64,000 nucleotides of DNA, from positions 64,001 to 128,000 of the forward strand of contig JAHLVW010000015.1 of NCBI GenBank assembly GCA_019058275.1, given 5' to 3'. Within the stretch, counting starts at the first letter, position 1, and each line of letters starts with the position of its first letter. Shown here piece after piece: positions 28,769 to 39,152 of this stretch. This DNA is from Candidatus Heimdallarchaeota archaeon (lineage in GTDB: Archaea; Asgardarchaeota; Heimdallarchaeia; JABLTI01). The translations under genes were made by a program, and so were the position numbers. Under the pieces are notes generated by a model. The model searched no databases. It was not told the DNA's origin and saw only the letters and a program-made list of their open reading frames with translations.

Positions 28769-29824
28769 TCAAATAACTATGCGATAGAAGAAGCGTTCAT
28801 CTAAACTATTTTTTACTGCTATCATATCTAAAGCTGGAGCTGCAAACATTTTCACAGGTCTATTCTTGGATTCCAGTAAGTGTTTCAACTGTGTAATAAT
28901 ATCTATTGAACTAAGATTTGCTAGTGCAAGTAAAGCAAAGGATATTTGGTTTACATTTGGATAGTGTTCATACCCTTTAGATACAATTGCTATAAGCTCA
29001 GGAATATTCCTTTCATCAAGTAGCTTAGTAACATGCTTATAATCTGTATAAACACGTTATAGAGCTGTAGAGGGTATTAAGAAGATAAAAGCAGGACTCA
29101 AACAGAATAATAACACTAAAGTTTCTCCTGTTAAGGCATCTGATAATCCTATAATTGTAATATTAAGAATTCCTTTTATCAACAGAGGTATTCCTAAGAA
29201 ACAAACGCTACTAAATAATCACAGAATTGGTCTAGCCATACTTCTGAATTTTTTAGGATATAGGTTTACGTAGTTTCCATTGAAATCTTGATAAGGTTTC
29301 CTTTCTATTATTTGTCTGTTTGCTGTCGTTAATTTTTCCTCTACTTGTTTCAAGGTATTCTGAATGATTTGTTTCATCTTACCGGTTTCTATTTCTTCTA
29401 GATCTGATAAGACATCAACTACTGTATCGTTAGGCATAGTTGGAAGAGCGTAAATTGCTAATTTTCTTCTCCATTTTCTCTTACTGTTAATTTCATTTTT
29501 AGCTAGACCTAGAAGTTGGTAAACCTTCATACCTAGAACCATACTCCCAATAAATGCGATATTTTTTGACATTCTAGTTAGCATTATATTGCAGATGAGA
29601 CTAATACTGAATATAATAATCCCTCCAAAAAGTAAGGTTCCTAATGCAATGTTTGTGACATAAATAGATGGATATGGAATGTATTTTGTGAGAATAGCCA
29701 GTCCAATGCTTATTATCGCTAGTGTTCTAGTGAACCAAAAAATACCTTTTAGAACCTTCAAGTTATTCAATTGTCTAAGAAATTCTGTTGTATGACCAAT
29801 TGGTATGTTTTTTGTAATTGTCAT
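28769..29824 (-). pseudogene. Internally duplicated (2TM + HEAT-like)x2 gene interrupted by two in-frame stops
   Basis: The frame of ORF 29219..29824 continues past TGA (29221-29219) and TAA (29059-29057) to TGA at 28771-28769, encoding two further TM helices and FALLALANL..ALDMIA. Confidence 0.65.
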
Positions 29825-30182
29825 TATTTCCTAAAACTCCTTTTCAACTACAAAAATCAGATGTTTTTAGTATTTTTAAATTATTATTTTATTTTTTAGA
29901 ATTATTGATTATAGAAAAAAATAAGTTTATTCTGTTACATCAACGATTGAGCAGGAAGAAAGGGAAGATGACTAATCACGCTCAAAGAAAGGGAAAAGGG
30001 GAATTTCCTTAAATAACGGAGATAACAAATAATGTTTCAATAGTAACTTACGTTATAAACTATTTAAACTACCAAAACTTTTTCTTATAAATTTAATTAA
30101 GTATAAGTTAATGGAGTATATTGCAAACATTTTTAGAAATAATGACTAGGTTGTCAAGTATGAAGCAAGTGAGGGATTTAAA

Positions 30183-31085
30183 TTGATCAGAAGAATAATT
30201 GATTACAAGGACTCTTTAGATGGTACAATAGAATACCGATGGATAAAAGGGAAGATCGAAACAAACAACTTAAGCAATGTGCCTAAACACACCCTTTTAG
30301 TTGCTCAGAAATATAATCAAATAAAATCAAAATCCTATCCTCTGGAGCTTGCTAATGAGATTATTGTGATAGGAGAGAAAGATGGAGATATTGGTATACA
30401 ATCGCTTATACTTGCATTGCGTCGAGCTGAAAGAAAGAAAAATGCAAATTATATTTCTGTTATTAATTCCTCATTAGATAAAATTGCTAATGAACTTGGT
30501 TTTGAAGATCGTTTTGAAATGATTTCATTCTTTAATCCTCCTGAAATCATTGCTGAGGTTCCTTATCCTTATGATCTAACAGCTGATCGAGATTTTGATG
30601 AAAAATTACTTGACATTTACTCTTCTATTTTGAGAATTATCCAAGAAGTTCGACCAAATATCCAAGTTACTCTCCCTCGTATTGCTGAACTTGCAAATTC
30701 ACCAAAGAAGTACATTGATGATGTCATTATTGCTATTCTCGAACAAAGACCTGAGTTGGGAGAATTTTTGAAATTAGAACAAGTTTTCATTAGAAGAGAG
30801 AATACTGATGAGCTCATCGATGATTTAATTTCTCACCCTATTCCTCGCTATGGAACTTATAATTGCTTCTATTGCCATACTATTATTGAAAATCGTTCTG
30901 CAACCAATTGCCCCAGTTGTAATGAATCTATTCTTCGGTGTATTGTTTGTAAATTGCCGATCTCATCAAATGAATTCATTGGAGCTTGTAAGGAATGTCA
31001 AGGAGTTGCTCATTTAAATCATCTACAAGAATGGGTAAAAGTGAAAGGGACTTGTCCTGTTTGTCAGCGAAAAATATCAATCTAA
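30183..31085 (+). CDS. Protein with a C-terminal zinc finger + RING (C4-H2-C2) domain; putative E3-ligase-like
   Basis: CFYC..CPSC followed by C-x2-C-x12-C-x2-C-x4-H-x2-H-x3-W-x6-CPVC. Confidence 0.75.
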   Translation: MIRRIIDYKDSLDGTIEYRWIKGKIETNNLSNVPKHTLLVAQKYNQIKSKSYPLELANEIIVIGEKDGDIGIQSLILALRRAERKKNANYISVINSSLDKIANELGFEDRFEMISFFNPPEIIAEVPYPYDLTADRDFDEKLLDIYSSILRIIQEVRPNIQVTLPRIAELANSPKKYIDDVIIAILEQRPELGEFLKLEQVFIRRENTDELIDDLISHPIPRYGTYNCFYCHTIIENRSATNCPSCNESILRCIVCKLPISSNEFIGACKECQGVAHLNHLQEWVKVKGTCPVCQRKISI

Positions 31086-31127
31086 TAATTAGAGAATGTT
31101 TTTTAATGACCGTCATAAAAAGCTATC

Positions 31128-32345
31128 TTGAGGATAATGGGAAAAGATATACTTAGATTTTGGTTTGTTTGTTTTATTATCTTAATTTTATTACCTGTTG
31201 AATCAAAATTTGTTGATACAAAGAAACCCGCTCAGGAAGAATTTAGATTTCTCACTAACAGGCTCTTTGAAAATGAATTTCTTATAAGCAACACAGTAGA
31301 TGCTGTAATAGATATCGAATATGATAGCAATCTTACAGATTATAGTTTTCCAGGCGATGGTTCTGTAAGTAATCCTTACAGAATTGAAGATTATGTTATT
31401 GACACAACCATGAGATATGGGATTAAAATCATTAATACTACCAAACATATCCTCATCCAAAATTGTTCTATTAGGGCTGAAGGGAGAGCTATTGGAGTTT
31501 TCCAAACTGCTTCAAATACAATTACTATTGATAACTGTACATGTGACAGCTTTGATCGGTTTGGTTTGCTAGCAAGCTATGTCCCCAAGATGGTTGTTAC
31601 AAATAACTTGTTTATCGATAACGAACAAGGCATTAATTACAATAGTTGTTTTGAAGCACTAATTGCTAACAACACTTTTGTCGATAACGATATAGGTATC
31701 AGAATTGAAAATAATTCTACTTATGGTGTTTTATCTGGCAATTATATTTACGATAATAGTAATGGTATGCAACTAACAAATGCCCCTGGCAATCAAATAA
31801 AAGAAAATATTCTCTTTAACAATGGTGTTGGTATCATTCTAGATAGTACCTACCCAGAAGGAGCATCAACTAATTGTGAAATTAGCTATAATCTTATTGA
31901 AAATACTACTTCCTTTGGTCTTATAATATCAGCTTTCTTAAGTCAAGATTTCTCAAGTTACAATGAAATCCATCATAATTCCTTTGTCAATAATAATCTC
32001 AATGGAAAGAGTCAAGCCAAAGATGATGGAGTAGAAAATCTTTGGTCTAAAGAAGGTACTAGAGTAGGTAACTACTGGTCTGATTGGTGGGGAATTGGTT
32101 CCTACAAGATTAATGGTTCTGCTGAAAACAAGGACAGATATCCAATATCAATACCTCTTCATACCTTGCAAACATCAGTTCCTACCATCCTTAAAGGAAG
32201 AGCTATTATTTTTGGAACTCTTATACCAGTATTAGTTATTGGTTACATTGTTGTTAATGAATCCAAGAGAAACAGAAAAGCAAAAGGTCAACAACTAGTA
32301 ATCGTTGAAGAGGAAGAAAAAGAAGCTAATGAAGATAACTCTTAG
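31128..32345 (+). CDS. Membrane-anchored right-handed beta-helix (NosD/PbH1) protein
   Basis: Repeated NN.F.DN..GI stacks, GNYWSDW..D.YP motif, N- and C-terminal hydrophobic helices. Confidence 0.85.
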   Translation: MRIMGKDILRFWFVCFIILILLPVESKFVDTKKPAQEEFRFLTNRLFENEFLISNTVDAVIDIEYDSNLTDYSFPGDGSVSNPYRIEDYVIDTTMRYGIKIINTTKHILIQNCSIRAEGRAIGVFQTASNTITIDNCTCDSFDRFGLLASYVPKMVVTNNLFIDNEQGINYNSCFEALIANNTFVDNDIGIRIENNSTYGVLSGNYIYDNSNGMQLTNAPGNQIKENILFNNGVGIILDSTYPEGASTNCEISYNLIENTTSFGLIISAFLSQDFSSYNEIHHNSFVNNNLNGKSQAKDDGVENLWSKEGTRVGNYWSDWWGIGSYKINGSAENKDRYPISIPLHTLQTSVPTILKGRAIIFGTLIPVLVIGYIVVNESKRNRKAKGQQLVIVEEEEKEANEDNS

Positions 32346-32426
32346 CAAGCAAATCCATGCTTTGATTTGAAAAGGTTTTAAAAGTTGATTACAGAATTAC
32401 TTCATGTTTGTTTAGGTGATAACTGA

Positions 32427-32774
32427 ATGTCACTCTATTGTCCAAGTTGTGGAGCAGTAAATGAAGAATTCGCAGAATTCTGTGCAAGTTGTGGAGAATC
32501 TCTTGCTAAAGCTAGAGACCGCAAAGTCAAACATGAAAAAGCAAAACAAGAAAAGACTTCTGAAGGAACTGAGGAGAAGAAGCTCTATCGTTCTCGTACA
32601 GACAAAATGGTTACTGGTCTTTCTGCTGGTCTAGCTAAATACCTGGATCTAGATATTGACTTAGTCCGAATTTTGTGGTTGATTGCTTTTGTAGTTTCCG
32701 GTGGAATTGTTTTAGTAGTCTATTTAATTATGGCTATGGCTATTCCTCTTGAGCCTGAAGTAGAAACTACTTAA
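32427..32774 (+). CDS. Zinc-ribbon + PspC domain membrane protein
   Basis: CPSCG..FCASCG; KLYRSRTDKMVTGLSAGLAKYL.LD..LVR PspC signature. Confidence 0.85.
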   Translation: MSLYCPSCGAVNEEFAEFCASCGESLAKARDRKVKHEKAKQEKTSEGTEEKKLYRSRTDKMVTGLSAGLAKYLDLDIDLVRILWLIAFVVSGGIVLVVYLIMAMAIPLEPEVETT

Positions 32775-32818
32775 AACTACTTCTTTTTTATTTTTCTTTT
32801 CGTTTTAAGCAGTTGTTT

Positions 32819-35704
32819 TTAGATCTCTTTAATCATTACTGCTTCTTCTTTCCTTGCAGAAATTATTCCTGGAATTACTGAGCTAAGTAATGATGCACCA
32901 AACATGATAGCTATCGTTAGTATCAATTTCAGTGACGAGTAAACCATCTCCCATGGTGGGATAAATGAGTTTATCGCAATAATTGACATGAACATATATG
33001 ATGCAAAAACCCCAAGTAGTATCCCCGTAAAAGCACCTAATAACAAGACAGTAAATGATTCAGTATAGAAATAGCTAAACAACTGTCTTGGAGAAATACC
33101 TATGGTTTTCATAATCCCAACCTCATTTGTTCTCTCGAGAGTATGAATTACCATCATTATTGACATAGCAAAAACTAATATCAAAATAGAAGCGATGAAA
33201 TTGGAATTCAATGCTCCAAAAATTACCGTTGACCTTAAACTTCCTTCTGAGAAAGTAACTCTCTCTGCAATACTATCTACTTTTCTTCCATATGTCCATT
33301 CTTCTATTCCTTGAACAACTGATTCAGTAGCATAGTCATCTTTGACCTTAACGAATAGTTGTGTGTAAAAATCAGAACTGTCTCCAGATAGATTGAAAAT
33401 ATGTTCTGATGAAGCAACCAAAGAAAGTTCAAACTGAATTGTACCAAATGTTGGTTTTTTAACGTAAACTACTGGCCAGAAATTGTAAAAATCTACAATC
33501 TTTGCTTGTTTTGTATCTATATCTGAACTACCTGAAAATTTAGGAATGTATATATCAAATAAGTCTCCTTCTGAGACATTAAAGGAAGATGATTGGTCAT
33601 GTTGCATGATAATATTTAGTGAAACATTCGATTCTAAGGGGGCGTCTAGTTTCGAGATTATTTCCATAGTATCTGAATCAAGGTATTCCCGGTCGAAATA
33701 ACCAACCTGTCCAAACTCTGACGTGTTTATCCCCATAAATGTAAAATGATAAACCACACTACCACGTGTTATAGGTGCTGTAGAAAACCAAGTAACATAA
33801 GTTGTAGCTTCTACTCCTTCTACTGCTTCTATATTTTGTCTAAAAACCTTATCAGATAAAGCCACATTGGAAATGACTATATCCGAACCTATAGTATAAG
33901 CTGCATTTTCATAATCAAATCCTTGGTAACTATCTGGTATTACTATCGAGACAGTTGCCATGGTGAATGTAAGCATAACTAATACTAACGATCGCATGGT
34001 GGCACTTCTGCGCCTTCCTAAGCTTCTAAAAGCAATACTCAGTAACTCTAGTTTATGGAATTTCCATGTAACTTTGGAAAGCCACTTCGTTATTATAGGA
34101 AAGAGCCTTGTCACGACCATGATAGTTCCAATAATAACTAGAATGGGAGCGGGAGTTCCCAATAACCTAGCAAACGCTATTGAGACATTAACGTTTTTGA
34201 GCTGAATCCAGGTAATTACCCAAGCAATTATGCCAACAACTAGTAGAAAGATATCAATGTAAAACCTTTCCCAAAATGGTTTTTTATCTCGCATTTCACT
34301 AAAAGCTTCTTCTTTCTCTAGTTGACTTAGATTCCTTATACTCCCTACATTTACAAGTAGAGAGCCAATAAAACCTGCAATAATTACTATCTCCAATATT
34401 AACACAAAGAATCGGGGAATTACAGTTGGACCTGTGAAATTTAAAAATGCAGCACTTTTCAGTATCAGAAATGTATAAGGATATGCAAGTATAAATGCTA
34501 ATACTATCGCTATTGCTGTGAATATTACTAACTCCACCAGAAGCATTACTACAATTTCAGCTTGAGAACTACCTCTCATATTAAGAAGACCCAATTGTCG
34601 TTTCCTACGTTTCTTAATCAAATTTGAAGAATAAGCTGTTAAAGATAATGCCATGCTAATCATTGGAATCATAAACATAATGATTAAAATTCTGAAAATC
34701 TCAAATTCACTAACAAAATCTTGTAATATAATAATAATGTTCAAATCAAGATGAACTTCATTTGTAAATTCAGTGTCTTCAATCGAAGAACGTATTTGTT
34801 CTGTGAATCCAATAAACTTCTCAATTTCATTTTTTAAGTTGAAAGCATCAATTTCGTCTAGATTGAAAGCTATTGATCCTATAAATGTAGATTGATCTGG
34901 TGCTACCTGTGAAGGTGTTCCTGTTAATCCATGAGTGAAATCCATTAATGATTTATACGATGAAAGAATCAATTGATCTTCAGCGAGAATTGAGAAGAGA
35001 TTTGTCAAGAAAGCTTTCTCTTCATAACTATTGTTTAAAGATTCTTGTAACTCATAAACATCAATAACCCCTGTAATGTTTAGTGTTGCACCTGCAGCAG
35101 GGATACCTTGTTCAACACCAGCAGCAAGGTTTAGTGGATTGTAAATAGTAAAAACATTGTTTAATCCTTTAGATAGATTGGTATTTCTTAACATATCTGG
35201 TCTGAGAAGTAAAAGGACTTCACTAGAATTTGATGGAAGAGTCCCGTCATCTTGAATGTATGGGCTTAGTATATCAAAGAAAAAACTTGGTACACCAACA
35301 TAATTAACAGCTACTAACTCAGTATTGTTATAATTCAAATAATCAGTATAAGGAAGTACTACAGCCCGCCGATTGATCCAATACCTAAAAGCAGTAGTCC
35401 CTTCTAACCCAGAGGAAACGAGCGCTTTATCTACAATTGTCTCGAGTTCAGGTACAATCGTATCCTCTCTATTATAGGTGTTAATCATATTTGTTGGCGT
35501 TATTGTTATTTGTTCTTCTGGATTCTCTCTTATGTAAGTATTAAAAGCATCATATTGAAAGCTATAAAGAAAGATCAAGCTTTCAGCAACTAATGCAAGG
35601 CTAATTCCCAAGCCAATAAATGCGACCAGAGTATATCTTTTGTTAATGAAAATTATTCTGAAAAACAGATTTATTTTCTCATATACTCTACGTATAGTTG
35701 CCAA
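32819..35704 (-). CDS. FtsX/MacB-like (type VII) ABC transporter permease, duplicated architecture
   Basis: RRKRQLGLLNMRGSS and ERTNEVGIMKTIGISP FtsX motifs; two large extracellular domains. Confidence 0.85.
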   Translation of the reverse strand: MATIRRVYEKINLFFRIIFINKRYTLVAFIGLGISLALVAESLIFLYSFQYDAFNTYIRENPEEQITITPTNMINTYNREDTIVPELETIVDKALVSSGLEGTTAFRYWINRRAVVLPYTDYLNYNNTELVAVNYVGVPSFFFDILSPYIQDDGTLPSNSSEVLLLLRPDMLRNTNLSKGLNNVFTIYNPLNLAAGVEQGIPAAGATLNITGVIDVYELQESLNNSYEEKAFLTNLFSILAEDQLILSSYKSLMDFTHGLTGTPSQVAPDQSTFIGSIAFNLDEIDAFNLKNEIEKFIGFTEQIRSSIEDTEFTNEVHLDLNIIIILQDFVSEFEIFRILIIMFMIPMISMALSLTAYSSNLIKKRRKRQLGLLNMRGSSQAEIVVMLLVELVIFTAIAIVLAFILAYPYTFLILKSAAFLNFTGPTVIPRFFVLILEIVIIAGFIGSLLVNVGSIRNLSQLEKEEAFSEMRDKKPFWERFYIDIFLLVVGIIAWVITWIQLKNVNVSIAFARLLGTPAPILVIIGTIMVVTRLFPIITKWLSKVTWKFHKLELLSIAFRSLGRRRSATMRSLVLVMLTFTMATVSIVIPDSYQGFDYENAAYTIGSDIVISNVALSDKVFRQNIEAVEGVEATTYVTWFSTAPITRGSVVYHFTFMGINTSEFGQVGYFDREYLDSDTMEIISKLDAPLESNVSLNIIMQHDQSSSFNVSEGDLFDIYIPKFSGSSDIDTKQAKIVDFYNFWPVVYVKKPTFGTIQFELSLVASSEHIFNLSGDSSDFYTQLFVKVKDDYATESVVQGIEEWTYGRKVDSIAERVTFSEGSLRSTVIFGALNSNFIASILILVFAMSIMMVIHTLERTNEVGIMKTIGISPRQLFSYFYTESFTVLLLGAFTGILLGVFASYMFMSIIAINSFIPPWEMVYSSLKLILTIAIMFGASLLSSVIPGIISARKEEAVMIKEI

Positions 35705-35880
35705 CTACTTTACCTCAACAATAATTATAAGAAATCCGTTTTAAGCATTTAGACCAATTTTATTTTAAAGAAGCTCATGAAGTAAACAAGAAAAAACAAC
35801 TTTTTGATAAGAATTAAATTCTATTAGGATATAGATTTCATTATAGTTGTATTATAATAAGCAAGGTTGTTTTAACTGTA

Positions 35881-38067
35881 ATGAAAGCAAAATATCAAAT
35901 AAGATTTCTATCCATAATCGTAACGATTGTTATACCATTAGTACTACTTAGTTCTAATTCCAATCTGGATAAGTATTTTGTAGAAAACGAACTTGCAAAT
36001 TTTCCTTTAACAAATACCATTGAAATGAATGGTTATACAGATATAGAATCTTATTTTGATAATCCTATCTGGATAAATGATAACATTATTGGATCTATTA
36101 TTTCTTCACCAACAATTAGTGATTTAGATAATGATTCAGATATGGAAATTATATTATTAACTGATAGGAATTTTGTTTATATTTTGGATCACACTGGATT
36201 ACCTTTGGATGGTTGGGGTGAGCCTTTTGCACTACATTTAGATGAGGACCTAACTTCACATTCTGGTGATGCTCCACACCCAATAGTATTAGATTTCAAT
36301 GATGATGGTGAACAAGAGATTATTGTTGCAACATTCAATGGGACAATTCATGCATTCTTCTTAAATGGTACAGAAGTTCCTGGTTGGCCTGTATACATTG
36401 ACGGGAATATTTCTTCTTCACCAGCAGCAGGGGATATAGATGGCGATTTGCAAGATGAGATTGTTGTAAGTAGTTGGAATTTTAATATCCATGCTTTTGA
36501 ATTAGATGGGAATAATGTTACTGGATTTCCATTTACTGGATCAACAGATCAAATATTTAGCACACCTGCTCTTGCCAATCTTGATAGTGATCCCGAACTA
36601 GAAATAGCATTTGGTTCAGATGATAGCAACGTATATGTTTTAAACGGAGATGGAACAGTTATGCCAGGTTGGCCTAAAGAAACTAAGCATCATGTAAAAT
36701 CAGCACCAGCTATAGCAGATTTGGATCTTGATGGTAAAAATGAGATAATTGTTGGTTCAGTCGATAAGAGCATCTACATTTTTAGAAATAACGGTTCTAA
36801 TTTTGGCAGCTGGCCTTGTAAAACACCCATTTCGATTTATACTAGTCCAACTGTTGGTGATATTAATTGTGATGGGTTTATTGATATTGTAATTCAAGCT
36901 AATAGTTCACTATATGCTTTTACAGATGTAGTGAATAGTAATGACACTGAATGGACTAACTACTATCCAGGAGTAATAAGTAGGGAACAGATTATTGTTG
37001 ACATTGATGGAGATCTAGTTCCTGAGATTATTCAAGTTACTAGTATTGGTTTTATTAGAATAATATCAAATAATGGCACTACTATACATTCGAAATTGTT
37101 AACGTTTAATGGAATCGAATCTCAACCAGCAGTTGGAGATATAGATGGGGATAAAATTCTTGAAATTATTTTTACAACTAGAGCTACTGGTACAGTTGAA
37201 GCAATTGCTGAAGTTCATGCTTTCAAGTTAGGGTCTTTAGGATTACTACCTTGGGGTGGATTCAGAGCAGGAAGAGAAAGAAATGGTAGACCATTTGATA
37301 GCGATGGTGATGGTTTAAACACAGCTGAAGAAGAGATTTTAGGAACAGATGAAAACAACCCAGATACAGACGGGGATACAATACTTGATGGTGATGAGAT
37401 CTACAAATATAATCTTAATCCTGTGATACCAGATGCAGATGCAGATTATGATAATGATTTATTGAGTAATGTAGATGAGTTCGATATCTACAACACTGAT
37501 CCTACAAATCCCGATACAGATGGGGATACATTAGAGGATGGGGAAGAAGTTTATACTTATGGAACAGATCCTACAAAATCAGATACCGATGATGATTTCA
37601 TGCCTGATAATTTTGAGGTTAGGTTTGAGAACACCGATCCTCACGTTCCTGATACTTATCAAGATCTTGATGAAGATAATTTAACTAATGTCGAGGAATA
37701 TGATCAGGATACTAATCCAGACAATCCGGACACAGATGGTGACTCTCTTCTAGATGGAGATGAAGTGAAAAGATACCATACAGATCCAAATGTGCCTGAT
37801 GCGGATTTGGATTCTGATGGAGATGGACTTACCAATGTTGACGAAGTAGACCTTTATGGTACAGACCCTACAGATCCTGATTCAGATGACGACGGATATG
37901 ATGACTACTACGAGGTTAAACGTGGTACGGACCCAAATGACCCCAACAGTACGCCATTCCCATTATGGACTATTGCCCCAATAACTTTAGGTTCAAGTTT
38001 AATACTGGGAATTGCAGGTTACTTTACTATCAAAAATATTTACTTAAAGAAAAGAAGAGCCATTTAA
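35881..38067 (+). CDS. Surface protein with FG-GAP/VCBS beta-propeller repeats, TSP3-like Ca-binding repeats and a C-terminal TM helix
   Basis: GWP..SSPA.GDIDGD..EIVV repeats; DTDGD.L.DG.E...GTDP repeats; signal peptide and TM anchor. Confidence 0.85.
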   Translation: MKAKYQIRFLSIIVTIVIPLVLLSSNSNLDKYFVENELANFPLTNTIEMNGYTDIESYFDNPIWINDNIIGSIISSPTISDLDNDSDMEIILLTDRNFVYILDHTGLPLDGWGEPFALHLDEDLTSHSGDAPHPIVLDFNDDGEQEIIVATFNGTIHAFFLNGTEVPGWPVYIDGNISSSPAAGDIDGDLQDEIVVSSWNFNIHAFELDGNNVTGFPFTGSTDQIFSTPALANLDSDPELEIAFGSDDSNVYVLNGDGTVMPGWPKETKHHVKSAPAIADLDLDGKNEIIVGSVDKSIYIFRNNGSNFGSWPCKTPISIYTSPTVGDINCDGFIDIVIQANSSLYAFTDVVNSNDTEWTNYYPGVISREQIIVDIDGDLVPEIIQVTSIGFIRIISNNGTTIHSKLLTFNGIESQPAVGDIDGDKILEIIFTTRATGTVEAIAEVHAFKLGSLGLLPWGGFRAGRERNGRPFDSDGDGLNTAEEEILGTDENNPDTDGDTILDGDEIYKYNLNPVIPDADADYDNDLLSNVDEFDIYNTDPTNPDTDGDTLEDGEEVYTYGTDPTKSDTDDDFMPDNFEVRFENTDPHVPDTYQDLDEDNLTNVEEYDQDTNPDNPDTDGDSLLDGDEVKRYHTDPNVPDADLDSDGDGLTNVDEVDLYGTDPTDPDSDDDGYDDYYEVKRGTDPNDPNSTPFPLWTIAPITLGSSLILGIAGYFTIKNIYLKKRRAI
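37297..37950 (+). repeat. Intragenic TSP3-like Asp-rich repeat tract
   Basis: About 23-aa units of D(S/T)DGDGL.D..E....TDP. Confidence 0.8.
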
Positions 38068-38142
38068 ATTCCTAATCCTCTCTTTTTTGTTCTATTTTTT
38101 TTTAACAAGATTATTAGAAATGCTTTTTATTGCAAGAGACTT

Positions 38143-38907
38143 TTGATAACTAAGCTGGATGTGAGTAGATTGGCAAAAGATGAAGATTATGTAATTGTTA
38201 CTAAAGGATTAACAAAAGAATATCCATTTGGGGAAACTACAATTAAAGCTATCAATGGCATTGATTTTGCTATTAAGAAAGGGGAATATGCAACAATTGT
38301 TGGTCCTTCTGGTAGTGGTAAAACAACTTTCCTCAATTTAATCGGAACTATTGATAATCCTACATCTGGAGAAATATTCTTCAATGGAAGAAAAGTTTCT
38401 GAAATGACTGGTAAAGAAATTAGGGAACTTAGAAGAACAAAAATTGGTTTTGTTTTTCAAGCTTTCAACCTCCTGGAAATTCTTACGACCGCTGAAAATA
38501 TCGCTCTTCCTATGATCATTAATGGTACTCCAGCTGTTGAGAGAGAAGAACGAGTACAAGAACTTCTTGAGATAATTGGTCTTCCAGATAGAGGAGAACA
38601 TTTCCCAATGGAACTTAGTGGTGGTCAAAGGCAAAGAGTGGCTATTGCAAGATCATTAGCTAATAAACCTGAAGTCATTCTTTTAGACGAACCAACAGGT
38701 CAAGTTGATAGTAACACTTCTCGTGAAATTATGGATTATCTTTTGAAAATCAATAGAGAAGAAGGTGTTACATTAATTGTCGTTACTCATGAAGATATGA
38801 TTGCTTCTGAATCAAGAAGACCTTTAACAATTATCGATGGCAAAATCTATGAAGGAATTCTTGAATCATTCTTAGACATTAAAGCCATACAAGAAGGAAC
38901 ATTATAG
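38143..38907 (+). CDS. ABC transporter ATP-binding protein (LolD/MacB-like)
   Basis: GPSGSGKT, IGFVFQ, LSGGQRQRVAIAR, LLDEPTG, VTH. Confidence 0.95.
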   Translation: MITKLDVSRLAKDEDYVIVTKGLTKEYPFGETTIKAINGIDFAIKKGEYATIVGPSGSGKTTFLNLIGTIDNPTSGEIFFNGRKVSEMTGKEIRELRRTKIGFVFQAFNLLEILTTAENIALPMIINGTPAVEREERVQELLEIIGLPDRGEHFPMELSGGQRQRVAIARSLANKPEVILLDEPTGQVDSNTSREIMDYLLKINREEGVTLIVVTHEDMIASESRRPLTIIDGKIYEGILESFLDIKAIQEGTL

Positions 38908-39049
38908 ATAAATCCTTTTGTCCTTTTATTTCTCTTTTCTACTTTGTATTGAACATCTAATTGAGAATACTCTTAGTAAATGCTCAAGTTTAAAGTTCCC
39001 TAAAAGGAAAATTAAAATAGAGTGACTTTTCTTTTTAATCAATGAATGT

Positions 39050-39069
39050 CAAAAATGACTTCATTTTTG
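39050..39069. promoter_or_regulatory. Perfect 9-bp palindrome upstream of the TrmB-rod gene
   Basis: CAAAAATGA-CT-TCATTTTTG, about 85 bp before the ATG at 39153. Confidence 0.4.
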
Positions 39070-39152
39070 TTAAAAACATAAAATTACTATGCTGATAATA
39101 TATGACATTAAAAAGTTAATAGTCTAATAATAATTATGAGGGGAATAAAAAG

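Noticed and set aside
29219-29221. Selenocysteine readthrough or an alternative genetic code at the in-frame TGA
   Set aside because: A TAA also interrupts the same frame, there is no redox motif or SECIS-like hairpin, and TGA ends other normal genes in the window.
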